Shown here: in pieces, positions 1-10,280 of the stretch
How positions within the stretch are numbered: the first letter of the stretch is position 1
Layout: the number at the start of each line of letters is the position of its first letter
Sequence record: SRR2962707_2488
Length of the DNA: 45,907 nucleotides
Direction: 5' to 3' (one strand)
Position numbers and translations under genes: made by a program
The notes under the pieces: generated by a model
Database searches by the model: none
Told to the model about the DNA's origin: nothing
Seen by the model: the letters and a program-made list of their open reading frames with translations, nothing else

Positions 1-1
1 G

Positions 2-208
2 ATGTGGTGGGACAAGATCAAAAACAGCACTACCCGTTTTAATAATCTTCAGGTGATAAATTTTCCCGAGACCGACACAGGTGCACTCGCAAAACTGGCA
101 AGCCGCACGATGAAGCTCCAGGTCAACATACAGGACGGCGATGTGATGGTCAGCGTTGATGATAGCGTTGTTTACGTTACCCCCGTAAAATGGAAAAGTG
201 CTGCGTAA
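2..208 (+). CDS. yaeQ: YaeQ family protein, C-terminal part (truncated by window start)
   Basis: WWDKIK...RFNNLQV...LAKLASRTMKLQVNIQDG resembles the YaeQ C-terminus; stop TAA at 206-208. Confidence 0.75.
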   Translation: MWWDKIKNSTTRFNNLQVINFPETDTGALAKLASRTMKLQVNIQDGDVMVSVDDSVVYVTPVKWKSAA

Positions 209-517
209 TTCACGGTTGTCCGCCGCAAAGACGAACTTGAGTTGCTCAGTGGTGGCCACCTCAGCCAGGTGTAACTCGCCATTGTCCACATCGGATGAGC
301 AGCACCGCAGCGCCGAACCCTGTGACCAGCGGCAGCTTTGAGCCGTTCCTGTTTCTCAACACAAACACTGAAACCAGATATGCGCTACTGTTTGCGCCGA
401 TATCTGATTTGCTTGAAAACCAACACGAGTGTCTCCTTCGAGCCCGACATATAAAAACCATGCATGGTATCGACCGGAGAGAACATTGATAAACCGCCAA
501 ATCTCGGGTGGGCTAGC

Positions 518-2260
518 TTACTCTGTTTCGACCTCGGGCCAAAGCGCGTGATCTAGTCCCTGCAGAAAAGGTGCCAGTAACTTTTGGCGGTCCCGCCACT
601 TTCCAATCGATTGGGTGTGAATAGGCTTGCGCAATTGATTGGCGCTCATTGTCAGGACCTGGGACGTCGTTTGATCCGGCGATGCCATTTGAGAGTTCCA
701 TTCGATCCCGCAGTGCCCGGCAAGTTTGCGACCTTCACCTTCGATGTCCTCAACCAAAGCCTCGTAGTGAATATCGTAGAGTTGCCCCGGAAATACCTTA
801 TGCCAATGCTGCATCATGCGAGCGTAAAGATTGAAGTAATCGGACATGGCCTTGCGATCATAGGTATAATTCAGCGCTGAACTTGAGAAATGGGCCTGGA
901 ACATAGACAGGGCAATATCGCGCGGATCCCGCCGGACGTTCACGATTTTAGACTCGGGATAGATTGATTTGAGGAAACCAACTATCCGGAAGTTTGCAGG
1001 CATTTTATCGACATAGGCCTGTGCATCAACAGGCAGTTCAGGGAGCAACCGGAGGTCCTCGGCCCTGAGTTCTTCGATCTCGCGCGCAGTAAATGGCAGG
1101 CCGCGATGGATCGTCTCTTCGAGAAGGAAACCGATCGTGCCGCGTTCGCCTAGGGGAACGACCTTGGCGTGACGTCCAAGCACCGCCTCCACCAGAGTAG
1201 TGCCTGATCTTGGCAGGCCCAAAACGAAGATCGGCGTTGGCGCGGTGCGGGTTTCCCGTTTCAGTGACAGAACATCAGGGAAACGTTTCAGTATACCCTC
1301 AGCAGCCTCGCGTTCGGCTTTCGCGTTATAGTGGCTGCGGTTGGCGAAGAAGTTATTTGCTTGGATAATATCTCGATCTGCCTGTTCACGCGCGCCTTTC
1401 CCCGAAAGGATATGAAAACGGGCGAAAAGCAGAAAAGCCTCGTCTTCGGACCCTTTGCCAACGCGGAATAGCGCGTCCGCGACTTGAAGCTCCAATTCAG
1501 CCAAGTCTTCGCCGCTCAGCATTTCACTTAACGCTTTCAACGCGCTGGCCTGAGAGGCATCCAAGCTCAACACATGCCTATACGTGGCTATTGATTGCTC
1601 CGGTTTTCCCATCTCTGAAAATTGTGCCGCAAGGCGCAACTGTGCGCTTATGTTATCGGGGTCGATCTCCACGGCGCGCAGGGCAGAGTTCAACGCATCA
1701 TCAAACCTCAGATGGCGCGCCAGCGGCAAACTCATGCGGGTCAACGTCTCCGCATCCTGCGGATCGATTGAAATTACTTTTTCATAGTCTTCCAATGCAT
1801 CAGCGATCAATCCAAACTGAAGCCGAATGAATGCCCTAAGCTTGTACCCTGTCTTGTCCTCTTGATTGCCTGCAATGTATTGCGTTGCTGCCGCCAGAGC
1901 TTCCTGCTTTCGTTTCAGAGCCGCGAGACCCTGTGCTTTCAAATAGACGGCATCAGGTGTTTCAGGCACGGCGTGCAGGGCGAGAAGCGCATTCTCATAC
2001 TGCCCCATAAGCAAGTAAGTTTGAGCCAAGTTCTTTCGGGCTTCTGCATAGCTGGGGTCCAAGAGAATGGCCCGCTTAAAACTGTTCACCGCTTCGCCCG
2101 TTCGCGACATTGCGCTGAGCGCTATGCCAGCCAGATTTTCGGGGACAGGGGAATGCGGTGCTTCCTTTTGTGCCTTGCGCGCATATTTTAGAACGTTCTT
2201 GAACCGGCGTTGCGCGAGCTCCTGTTGGGCCAGCACAATGTTCGATACGGCTGATAGCAA
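518..2260 (-). CDS. TPR-repeat-containing sulfotransferase family protein
   Basis: N-terminal TPR repeats; PIFVLGLPRSGTTLVE PAPS-binding motif, DKMPANF, RDPRDIALS; AAGGAG RBS before the TTG start. Confidence 0.9.
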   Translation of the reverse strand: MLSAVSNIVLAQQELAQRRFKNVLKYARKAQKEAPHSPVPENLAGIALSAMSRTGEAVNSFKRAILLDPSYAEARKNLAQTYLLMGQYENALLALHAVPETPDAVYLKAQGLAALKRKQEALAAATQYIAGNQEDKTGYKLRAFIRLQFGLIADALEDYEKVISIDPQDAETLTRMSLPLARHLRFDDALNSALRAVEIDPDNISAQLRLAAQFSEMGKPEQSIATYRHVLSLDASQASALKALSEMLSGEDLAELELQVADALFRVGKGSEDEAFLLFARFHILSGKGAREQADRDIIQANNFFANRSHYNAKAEREAAEGILKRFPDVLSLKRETRTAPTPIFVLGLPRSGTTLVEAVLGRHAKVVPLGERGTIGFLLEETIHRGLPFTAREIEELRAEDLRLLPELPVDAQAYVDKMPANFRIVGFLKSIYPESKIVNVRRDPRDIALSMFQAHFSSSALNYTYDRKAMSDYFNLYARMMQHWHKVFPGQLYDIHYEALVEDIEGEGRKLAGHCGIEWNSQMASPDQTTSQVLTMSANQLRKPIHTQSIGKWRDRQKLLAPFLQGLDHALWPEVETE

Positions 2261-2680
2261 AAAGGTCGCTCCTTAATTACAGTCCTGGCAAGACCTTTCG
2301 CACAAGTTGCTACTGCAATTGCCCTGCAGCGAATCCACGACGGTACGCGCGGCTGGCAATTCATCTGTGCGTGAAAGGTATTAGAATCAATTTCATGGGG
2401 AATACTGACATTCAAATGGTATTGCTGAACGGCGGCTCCATCCGCACTACAAACCTTTGTGAACGCTGCAGAAATAGGCAATTCTCTGCCTGTTGTGAAT
2501 GGCTGCGGCTAACACCTGTGGCTGCCATTCATTCGGACCATGTCTAAAGTCCGCTTCCGGCCCAAAGTTACTGTGGCCTAAATATCTATCAATACATCAA
2601 TTAATCGAAGCAGCCGGCAGTTGATTGCGCATCGCATACAGCTACTATCTTGCTGAGCACGAAATTCAGCGAGGTCCAAA

Positions 2681-3889
2681 GTGAGAACTTATCCTATTCC
2701 TTTTAACGAGGAAGCACGTCTTCGGTCCGTATTTGCTGTTCCCGGCCTGAGCGAAGCGAATGCTGGCGTCTTTGATGCGATTTGCGAGGCGACGAGGAAA
2801 ATTCTTGACTGCCCGATTGCACATATCAGTGTCGTTGAGGGTGACACCCAGTGGTACAAATCTGTCGTAGGGATTGAGCTTGGACGGATGCCGAAGAACA
2901 ACAGTTTTTGCACCCATACGATCATGTCCGGCAAACCGATGGTCGTGCCGGACCTCAGCAAAGACCCCCGGTTTGAGGCCCATCCTATGGTTGCTGAAGG
3001 CGGGCCCGGTGCCCGGTTCTATGCCGGGGTCCCACTGGTACTTTCGTCGGGACAACGTTTGGGAAGTTTATGCGTCCTTGATCTGGTTCCTCATGAAGCG
3101 CCGTCGGATCACCAAATGTCCATTCTAACAGATTTGGGAAAGGCCGTTGTTGCTGCGCTGGAAGGTGTTCCGCCAAGTCCAGTGGACCAAACAAAAGACG
3201 AAGGCGCAAAGTCGACGTTCATTACCCTTATCGGGCATGAGTTGCGTACGCCGCTCACCATTCTCTTTGGTAGTTTGCAGTTACTTGAAGCGATGGCAGA
3301 ACGAGGTACCAACAAGGCATTGGTAAGCTCGGCACGAAAATCAGCCGAGCATCTTATGGGGCTCGTTGAAACGATTATTGCATACAGTAACGCCGCGACC
3401 GGGGAACTGTCCCTGAATGAACGTGTCTGCGAATTGGAGGGCATAGTGGAAGGCGTTGCCGAATTGGTATTGCCGGGCGCTGATGGTGAATTGAAGACGA
3501 TTACTGTTGTCGACGGTTCACTAACCGGCCCGATATTTATCGATCCTGACCAGATCAAACTTGCTCTGCACGCCCTTGCTCTTAATGCGATCAACCATGG
3601 TGGCCAGAAAACCACCGCTGGAAGCCGTATAGACGCGTCCGGCAACATTGAAATTTCGATCACTGATGATGGCAGGCTGGACGAAAATGTCGAACTCGCG
3701 GCGCTGTACGAACCTTTCGTTGTTGGTGGCAGCATCAATAACAGGGATACGCGGGGCGGATTGGGGCTTGGTCTCCCGTTGACGCGGAAATTGGTAGAAC
3801 TTCATGGTGGAGAATTCGAGGTGCAAGCCACCGAAGACTGTACCGCTGCAATAATCCGCTTGCCCGCTTGGCGGATGAGGACTGCTTAA
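2681..3889 (+). CDS. GAF-domain sensor histidine kinase (cytoplasmic)
   Basis: GAF domain (SFCTHTI...RFYAGVPL), H-box GHELRTPL, N-box LALNAINH, G2 box GGLGLGL; GAGG RBS and GTG start. Confidence 0.9.
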   Translation: MRTYPIPFNEEARLRSVFAVPGLSEANAGVFDAICEATRKILDCPIAHISVVEGDTQWYKSVVGIELGRMPKNNSFCTHTIMSGKPMVVPDLSKDPRFEAHPMVAEGGPGARFYAGVPLVLSSGQRLGSLCVLDLVPHEAPSDHQMSILTDLGKAVVAALEGVPPSPVDQTKDEGAKSTFITLIGHELRTPLTILFGSLQLLEAMAERGTNKALVSSARKSAEHLMGLVETIIAYSNAATGELSLNERVCELEGIVEGVAELVLPGADGELKTITVVDGSLTGPIFIDPDQIKLALHALALNAINHGGQKTTAGSRIDASGNIEISITDDGRLDENVELAALYEPFVVGGSINNRDTRGGLGLGLPLTRKLVELHGGEFEVQATEDCTAAIIRLPAWRMRTA

Positions 3890-4068
3890 CCGGGCTGATT
3901 GGCCGGTCTGACCCAGTTAACCTGTCAGCACGCGTCAGCACCCGGACCTGCGAAGCGATGAAGTTCGTCGCCGGATAGACGCGACAAGTCGATATCAACA
4001 ATGCGGATATTGTAGCTAGGTTTGTCTATGATCCAATTGATGAATGAGCTGCTGCCCAAGGCCCACCC

Positions 4069-5253
4069 TTAGGCAAATCCATATGAGCGAAGCCGCGCGA
4101 CAGCCTGAGTGATATCATCCTCGGTATTGTAATAATGGGGCGCGATGCGCAGGACCGTCGGAAGGCTGCGACGTTCGGCATCGATCCGCGTGCTTGATGG
4201 TTGCGACGCACCAATTACAAAGCGTTCTGCTGCCATATGCTGAATGACCGCCTCCGGGTCCGTGTCATTGATAGAAAAGCTGACGATCCCGCATTTGGTC
4301 GATCCCAGATCGTGCAGCGTGATCTGTGGGTCTTCCGCAAGCAGCGATCTGGTTTGTTCAGCCAGCATGCTGATCCGCTCTGCAATCAGATCGATACCGA
4401 TTTGATCAGCATAGTCGATTGCCGCACCAAGGCCGGCTCTGAGAGCGCAGGAATTCTCCCAGGTTTCAAACCGTCTTGCATCATCGCGAAGCTCGTACCT
4501 ATCGCGTGCCACCCAAGGTGCGCCAAAATGGTCGATCATCGCGGGTTCCAAGGATGCCAGCCATTTTTCTTTCACATAAAGAAACCCTGTGCCGCGCGGA
4601 CCACGCAAAAATTTTCGCCCTGTGGCCGACAGGAAATCACATTGTAATTCAGCCACATCGATACGCATCTGCCCTGCCGCCTGGCACGCATCAAGCAGGT
4701 AAGGAACGCCGTGCGCCTGTGCGATTTTCCCCACTTCGGCTGCGGGGTTGACCAAACCACCGTTGGTTGGAATCCAGGTGATGGCAATCAGCCCGACGTC
4801 ATCATCTATCGTGTTTTCCAGGGCCGTTATGTCCAACGCGCCGGTCTCATCCGAGGGTATGACCTCGATCCTCAAATCGTCGCGCTTTGCCCTTTGAAGG
4901 AATGCGACGTAATTCGCCGCGTATTCGGCCTCGCAGGTTAGAATGCGCGCACCACGCTTGAATGGCAGTGCATAAAACGCATGGCACCACCCCACCGTCG
5001 CATTCTCCATAATTGCAATTTCGCGCGTGTTTGCGCCGATATGGCGCGCCACAGAGCTGTAAACGCGTTCGAGTTTTTCCACTTGCTGGGCTTGCGCCTC
5101 ATAGCCGCCGAACTGTGCTTCAAGTTGGGTGTACTCTATCACGGCATTCACGACGCATTGCGGCATCAGCGCGGAACCAGAGGCCAGCAAATGGGTCGAA
5201 ACCTGTATTCCGGGCGTTTCGCTTCTAACTTTTTCGATATCTATCGCGCTCAT
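4069..5253 (-). CDS. Aminotransferase class V PLP enzyme (cysteine desulfurase/C-S lyase-like)
   Basis: LDACQAAG, SATGRKFLRGPRGTG (PLP lysine), LRIAPHYYNT; start moved to ATG 5253 (MSAIDIEK). Confidence 0.88.
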   Translation of the reverse strand: MSAIDIEKVRSETPGIQVSTHLLASGSALMPQCVVNAVIEYTQLEAQFGGYEAQAQQVEKLERVYSSVARHIGANTREIAIMENATVGWCHAFYALPFKRGARILTCEAEYAANYVAFLQRAKRDDLRIEVIPSDETGALDITALENTIDDDVGLIAITWIPTNGGLVNPAAEVGKIAQAHGVPYLLDACQAAGQMRIDVAELQCDFLSATGRKFLRGPRGTGFLYVKEKWLASLEPAMIDHFGAPWVARDRYELRDDARRFETWENSCALRAGLGAAIDYADQIGIDLIAERISMLAEQTRSLLAEDPQITLHDLGSTKCGIVSFSINDTDPEAVIQHMAAERFVIGASQPSSTRIDAERRSLPTVLRIAPHYYNTEDDITQAVARLRSYGFA

Positions 5254-5464
5254 GCTTCCACCCACTGCCAAATTCTGTTTGCGGACTTTGGCGACATTGC
5301 CGAATTGATGCAAGACGGGCGCAGAGCTGTCTTTCGCTGCCTGACGCGCCAGGGTTGGATGTGCGCGCGAGTTCCTTTTATTTCGATGAAGTCTGAATCT
5401 GCTCTGGAAAAGGGCGGGAGGCTCTGCAAGTTTGCCCCGAAGCCAATCCATGGGTGCCGCGCCA

Positions 5465-6634
5465 ATGATCCGCCAACTTTCAATTCCAGCCGTTTACATG
5501 GGGCTGCTTGCAGCGTTCGTGGGGTATTCGGCGTCTTTTGCGATCGTTCTTGCGGGAATGAAAGCCATGGGGGCCACTGACGGCCAAGCTGCAACAGGTT
5601 TGTTTTTTGCAACACTCGGCATGGGGGTCTGTAGCGTCTGGCTTCCGGCGGTAACGCGGATCCCCGCCGCTGTTGCATGGTCAACACCCGGTGCTGCGTT
5701 TCTTGCTGCGACGGTAATGTTGCCGGGTGGCTTTAGCGAAGCGGTTGGCGCGATGATTTGCTGTGCCGGATTGATCGTCTTGACGGGTTTGATCCCATCC
5801 CTTGGACGCATTGTTGCGGCTATTCCCAAGCCGATTGCAAATGCGCTGCTGGCTGGCGTTCTGCTTAAACTATGTTTGGCCCCCGCCTTGGCCTTGGGCA
5901 CAATACCGGTCTTGGTATTGCCTGTGCTTGTTGCTTGGGTGATCGGGTTGGCGTGGAACAGGCTGGCCGCGATGCCATTTGCCGTCATTGCCTTTCTTGC
6001 GGTTCTCTATTTCACGGTCGGTGGGTCCGGTGGCGCGGTTCAATCCAGCACAGCATGGTTGCCGGCCTTTGACCCCGTTGCGCCGCTCTTTACCGTTCGG
6101 GCATTCTTCTCGATCGCTTTGCCGCTCTATCTGGTCACGATGGCAGGTCAGAATATCCCCGGCTTTGCAGTGCTGGAGTTGAACGGCTACACTGTGGACC
6201 GGCAACCGCTGATCCGCAAAACCGGCTTTGTCAGTTTGCTGATTGCGCCGTTCGGATCTGTCCCTGTCAACATGTCCGCCATTACCGCCGCGATGATGGC
6301 CGGTGAGGACGCAGGCCGCGATCCTTCGACGCGCTATTGGGCCGCGATCACATCCGGTCTCGTCTATGTTGCATTGGCATGTGCCGCAGCCGCCGTCACG
6401 TCGCTGGCAGGCTTGGCACCTTCTGCATTGATCACGGCTGTCGCGGGTCTTGCGCTGATCCCCGCATTGGTCGGTTCGGTTTCGGCAGCCTTCAATAACA
6501 CAACGCAATTAGAGGCCCCCGCGATGACGTTCCTGATTGCAGCAAGCGGCATGACACTCTTTGGCGTGAGCGGTGCATTTTGGGGCGTCATTGCCGGCGC
6601 GCTCGTTTGGGCGGCGAAGGCGCGCACGAGGTAG
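5465..6634 (+). CDS. Benzoate/H+ symporter BenE family transporter
   Basis: AWSTPGAAFL, MAGQNIPGFAVL, SGAFWG motifs; polytopic hydrophobic protein; ATG at 5465. Confidence 0.88.
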   Translation: MIRQLSIPAVYMGLLAAFVGYSASFAIVLAGMKAMGATDGQAATGLFFATLGMGVCSVWLPAVTRIPAAVAWSTPGAAFLAATVMLPGGFSEAVGAMICCAGLIVLTGLIPSLGRIVAAIPKPIANALLAGVLLKLCLAPALALGTIPVLVLPVLVAWVIGLAWNRLAAMPFAVIAFLAVLYFTVGGSGGAVQSSTAWLPAFDPVAPLFTVRAFFSIALPLYLVTMAGQNIPGFAVLELNGYTVDRQPLIRKTGFVSLLIAPFGSVPVNMSAITAAMMAGEDAGRDPSTRYWAAITSGLVYVALACAAAAVTSLAGLAPSALITAVAGLALIPALVGSVSAAFNNTTQLEAPAMTFLIAASGMTLFGVSGAFWGVIAGALVWAAKARTR

Positions 6635-6742
6635 CGCAGGGCTGACGGTACGCCACAAGAGGTGTGGCCACCACAGATGCGTCATGAAGATGAGGAAACG
6701 CAGACCGCCATTGTCACGTGGCAACGGCGGTCTGCCAGCGGA

Positions 6743-8932
6743 TCACGCGAATGTAACGTCGCTTTTGATCATAGGCAGGTGCGTGACAAGATCGCGCCCC
6801 GACGCGGCAATCGCGTTGGCAAGCGCAGGACCCGCCGGGGGCGTTCCGGGCTCACCGATGCCCGTGGGGGCTTCGTTCGATTTGACGATGTGAACTTCGA
6901 TCGCCTTGATGTCACGCATCCGAAGCGGCTCGTAGTCGGGGAAATTCTGCTGTTCCACGACACCGCCATCCAGCGTGATTTCATCGCGCATGATGTGCCC
7001 GACACCGTAGCCAATTGCGCCTTCGACCTGTGCTTTGATCACATCGGGGTTCACCGCCACACCGCAGTCAGCGGCCGCCGTGAACTTTTCGATCTGCACA
7101 ACACCGTCCCCATCAACCGAGATTTCACAAACTTCGGCGCAGTAGGTGCCAAAGGATTTGTGGACAGCCACACCGTGGAAATGGCCCGCTGGCAGGTCTT
7201 TTCCGAACCCGGCCTTTTCTGCGGCCAGTTTCAAAACACCCGCTTTGCGAATTTGATCCGGCGTGTCACCGGGCAGATGCGCAAGGCGGAAACTGACCGG
7301 ATCTTGGCCCGCTGCGGCTGCGGCCACATCCATCATGGTTTCCATCACATAGGCGTTGTGGCTATGCCCGACCGAGCGCCAGAAGTTCACCGTGGTGGCA
7401 ACGCTACCGTCCGTCAGACCGACATGCAAGCCGGGGACCGAATATAGCGTATCAACGGTGCCCTCGACGGACGTGTGATCCACGCCATCATGTACGATCA
7501 TCGCCTCGAATGGTCCGCCTTTGGCGATGGATTGACCGGCAATCCGGTGATCCCAGCCGACGATCTTGCCGGTATCATCCAAACCAACCCGCACTTTATG
7601 GGCATAGGCCGGGCGATACCAACCGCCTGTGATGTCGTCTTCTCGCGACCACACAAGCTTCACCGGACGGGTCTTGTCCGTCATCGCAAAAGCGAGCGTG
7701 ACCTCGACAAGGTAATCGGCACCGGCGTTCAGGCGACGGCCAAAGAAACCGCCAGCATAAAGCGTTTTGACCTGAATTTTCTCCATCGGAATACCAAGGA
7801 TCTGATGCATCGTGCCGTGGTTCACCGTCGGGCCTTGGGCCCCGTCGTACATTATCACGCCGCCGTCTTCGGTGGCGGCAATAGTGGCTGACATCGGCTC
7901 CATCGGGGCATGGGCCAACAGCGGCAGAAAGAACTCGCGCTCGACCACTTGTGCCGCGCCGTCCATCGCAGTGGCTGTCTCGGTTAGGGTGGTTTTAGAC
8001 GCTTGGTATTCCGGCTTTGTGTTCACAGCGGCAAGCAGCTCTGCCTTGATCTCGTCGCTGCTGCGGGTTTCCGCCTTGCTCAGATCCCATTCGACCTCGA
8101 TCGCATCACGGGCCTGAAACGCGGCCCATGTGTTTTCAGCATAGACCGCCACGCCTGCACCATTCGGCAGGGCTTGGGCCATGATAAAGCCCTTCATGTC
8201 CTTGGCGGCGCTGTCATCGAAAGACACAACTGTCGCGCCAAATTGCGGGATGCGTTTGATGGCGACAACCATCTGGTTTTCAAGCTGAACATCCATGCTA
8301 AAGATGCCTTCGCCGTTGATCTTGTCATGGCTGTCACGGCGCGCCTTTTGCGGGTTACCGATTTGCGTCCATTCTTCGGGGTCTTTCAACTTGGGTTCGG
8401 CTGGCACCTCTAACTGGGCGGCGGCAGCGACAAAGTCACCGATTTTGCCTTCTTTGCCAGCACCTGTGATTATACCGTCCTTGAGGGTCAGCGCGGTTGC
8501 GTCAACGCCCCATTCAACGGCGGCCGCCTGCAACAGGACATCGCGCGCGGCGGCCCCTGCTGTCCGGTACTGCATGAACGAATTGGCAATCGCTGTTGAA
8601 CCACCGGTGCCCTGGAATGGACCGAAAAACAGGTTATTATAGACCTCAGGGTTCGACGGGGCCATTTCAAAGGTGATGTCTTCCAGCTCCATGTTCAGCT
8701 CTTCGGCGATCAGGGTGGACAGACCCGTGGACGCGCCTTGGCCCCCTTCAAAATGCTTGATGACGGCAGCGACGGTGCCATCGGCGTAGATCTTGACGAA
8801 GGGCGTGATGCCGGTTGCAGCTTCGGTGCTGGCGGCGGCAAGTGTGCCTTTGGGCGTAATGCCGACGGCCAGAACCGCAATGGCAGCGCCTGCCCCCTTA
8901 AGGAACCCACGACGGGATGTGTTGATGGTCAT
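6743..8932 (-). CDS. Xanthine dehydrogenase-family molybdopterin-binding subunit (isoquinoline 1-oxidoreductase beta-like), Tat signal
   Basis: SRRGFLKG Tat motif, QGTGGSTA, AHAPMEP, GGFFGRR, WRSVGHS, GIGEPGTPP. Confidence 0.92.
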   Translation of the reverse strand: MTINTSRRGFLKGAGAAIAVLAVGITPKGTLAAASTEAATGITPFVKIYADGTVAAVIKHFEGGQGASTGLSTLIAEELNMELEDITFEMAPSNPEVYNNLFFGPFQGTGGSTAIANSFMQYRTAGAAARDVLLQAAAVEWGVDATALTLKDGIITGAGKEGKIGDFVAAAAQLEVPAEPKLKDPEEWTQIGNPQKARRDSHDKINGEGIFSMDVQLENQMVVAIKRIPQFGATVVSFDDSAAKDMKGFIMAQALPNGAGVAVYAENTWAAFQARDAIEVEWDLSKAETRSSDEIKAELLAAVNTKPEYQASKTTLTETATAMDGAAQVVEREFFLPLLAHAPMEPMSATIAATEDGGVIMYDGAQGPTVNHGTMHQILGIPMEKIQVKTLYAGGFFGRRLNAGADYLVEVTLAFAMTDKTRPVKLVWSREDDITGGWYRPAYAHKVRVGLDDTGKIVGWDHRIAGQSIAKGGPFEAMIVHDGVDHTSVEGTVDTLYSVPGLHVGLTDGSVATTVNFWRSVGHSHNAYVMETMMDVAAAAAGQDPVSFRLAHLPGDTPDQIRKAGVLKLAAEKAGFGKDLPAGHFHGVAVHKSFGTYCAEVCEISVDGDGVVQIEKFTAAADCGVAVNPDVIKAQVEGAIGYGVGHIMRDEITLDGGVVEQQNFPDYEPLRMRDIKAIEVHIVKSNEAPTGIGEPGTPPAGPALANAIAASGRDLVTHLPMIKSDVTFA

Positions 8933-8935
8933 TGC

Positions 8936-9400
8936 TTAACCCTCCACGATTTCTGAGGCGCGCTGAATGCCAGCGCGGATACGTTGATAGGTGGCGCAGC
9001 GGCAGGCGTTGCCATCCATGTAATCGTCAATCTCTTCGAGCGTCGGTTTCGGCGTTTGTTTCAACAGACCGACGGCGGACATGATCTGACCCGACTGGCA
9101 ATACCCGCATTGCACCACGTCCAACTCTTTCCATGCTTGCTGTACCGCCGCACCGATTTTGGTGTCGCCCATGGCTTCGATTGTGGATACTTCGGCACCC
9201 TCGATGTCTTCGATGTAGGTCTGGCAGGATCGTACGGGTTCGCCATCGACATGCACCGTGCAGGCCCCGCAAGACGCAACGCCGCAACCGAATTTGGTGC
9301 CCGTCAGTTTCAATTCGTCGCGGATCACCCAAAGCAACGGGGTCCCAGGTTCGGCCTCGACAGAGCGCTCGGCCCCGTTAATCTTTAGCTTGATAGTCAT
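8936..9400 (-). CDS. (2Fe-2S)-binding subunit (isoquinoline 1-oxidoreductase alpha-like)
   Basis: GTKFGCGVASCGACTVH, QCGYCQSGQIM, CRCATY; start ATG 9400 preceded by GGAG. Confidence 0.93.
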   Translation of the reverse strand: MTIKLKINGAERSVEAEPGTPLLWVIRDELKLTGTKFGCGVASCGACTVHVDGEPVRSCQTYIEDIEGAEVSTIEAMGDTKIGAAVQQAWKELDVVQCGYCQSGQIMSAVGLLKQTPKPTLEEIDDYMDGNACRCATYQRIRAGIQRASEIVEG

Positions 9401-9435
9401 GAAAATTCTCCATCTGGCAATGTGATGCGAAAGTG

Positions 9436-9495
9436 GGTAAACCGATGAGTGTACCATATGCGACAGAAGGTGACTGGTAAACCCGCAAGTTTACC
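9436..9495. promoter_or_regulatory. Two palindromic operator-like sites GGTAAAC-N6-GT(G/T)TACC
   Basis: 9436-9455 GGTAAACcgatgaGTGTACC and 9476-9495 GGTAAACccgcaaGTTTACC lie between the divergent iorA-like and TetR genes. Confidence 0.7.
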
Positions 9496-9542
9496 CAAGA
9501 TGTATATTGACGGAAATCGAATGCGACACGTAGAAATTCAGT

Positions 9543-10181
9543 ATGAGTAAAACTGCAGCAAATTCAGACGACAAGCGGGAAGATATCTTGCTCGGAGCCT
9601 TTGACGAATTCTGCGAGAACGGGTTTCTTGCCGCCAGCATGGATCGTATATCCAAGCGGGCTGGCGCATCCAAACGCACTGTCTATCGATATTTTGCAAG
9701 CAAGGAACAGTTGTTTCAAACGTTGATGCAGCGGCAATGGGCGGTCTTTGCGGACCACATGAAAGTCAGCTACCGGCCCGGCGTCGACATCCGCACTCAA
9801 CTGACCGACATGGGGCGCGCGCAGTCTCGGCTGTTTATGTCGCCTGAAATTATGACCGCAAACAAGATGCTGATGAGTGAGATTTTGCGTGATCCGCAAA
9901 TCGTCAGCGAAATTCAAAACGAGATCGATTACACGGCGTCGTTTGAAGACCTGTTGAAAGAGGCTGCGGCAGACGGGCTGCTTGATCTGCAAGACCCCCG
10001 TCAGGCGGCCGAGGAATTCATTTCGCTGCTCAAGGGAAAGGCCTTTTGGCCTGTCATGTTCGGCGCGCCTTTGGTCGAGGCCGCTGAAATGGAGAAGATG
10101 ATCGAAAGCTCGGTCGACATCATGATGAACCATTACGGAAATGATGTGCGACCTCGCGGTGGGCTAACCGGCGACATATAA
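9543..10181 (+). CDS. TetR/AcrR family transcriptional regulator
   Basis: HTH SMDRISKRAGASKRTVYRYFASKEQLF. Confidence 0.92.
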   Translation: MSKTAANSDDKREDILLGAFDEFCENGFLAASMDRISKRAGASKRTVYRYFASKEQLFQTLMQRQWAVFADHMKVSYRPGVDIRTQLTDMGRAQSRLFMSPEIMTANKMLMSEILRDPQIVSEIQNEIDYTASFEDLLKEAAADGLLDLQDPRQAAEEFISLLKGKAFWPVMFGAPLVEAAEMEKMIESSVDIMMNHYGNDVRPRGGLTGDI

Positions 10182-10182
10182 C

Positions 10183-10236
10183 ACGCTGTCGTCACCCCAA
10201 TGCCGCAGTGGCGATTGAAATGACGACGATAGCGTT
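10183..10236. terminator. Imperfect stem-loop between convergent genes (possible terminator)
   Basis: ACGCTGTCGTCA...TGACGACGATAGCGT inverted repeat just after the TetR stop. Confidence 0.4.
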
Positions 10237-10280
10237 TCGGGGTCTGTTTGATCCGGCGACGCCTACCCTATTCAGATCAA

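Noticed and set aside
295-489. Small ORFs between yaeQ and the sulfotransferase
   Set aside because: Short, with no clear RBS or motif; likely spurious
5254-5451. Extended N-terminus of the aminotransferase ORF
   Set aside because: No family-like sequence before MSAIDIEK; the region is better read as the divergent promoter gap before benE
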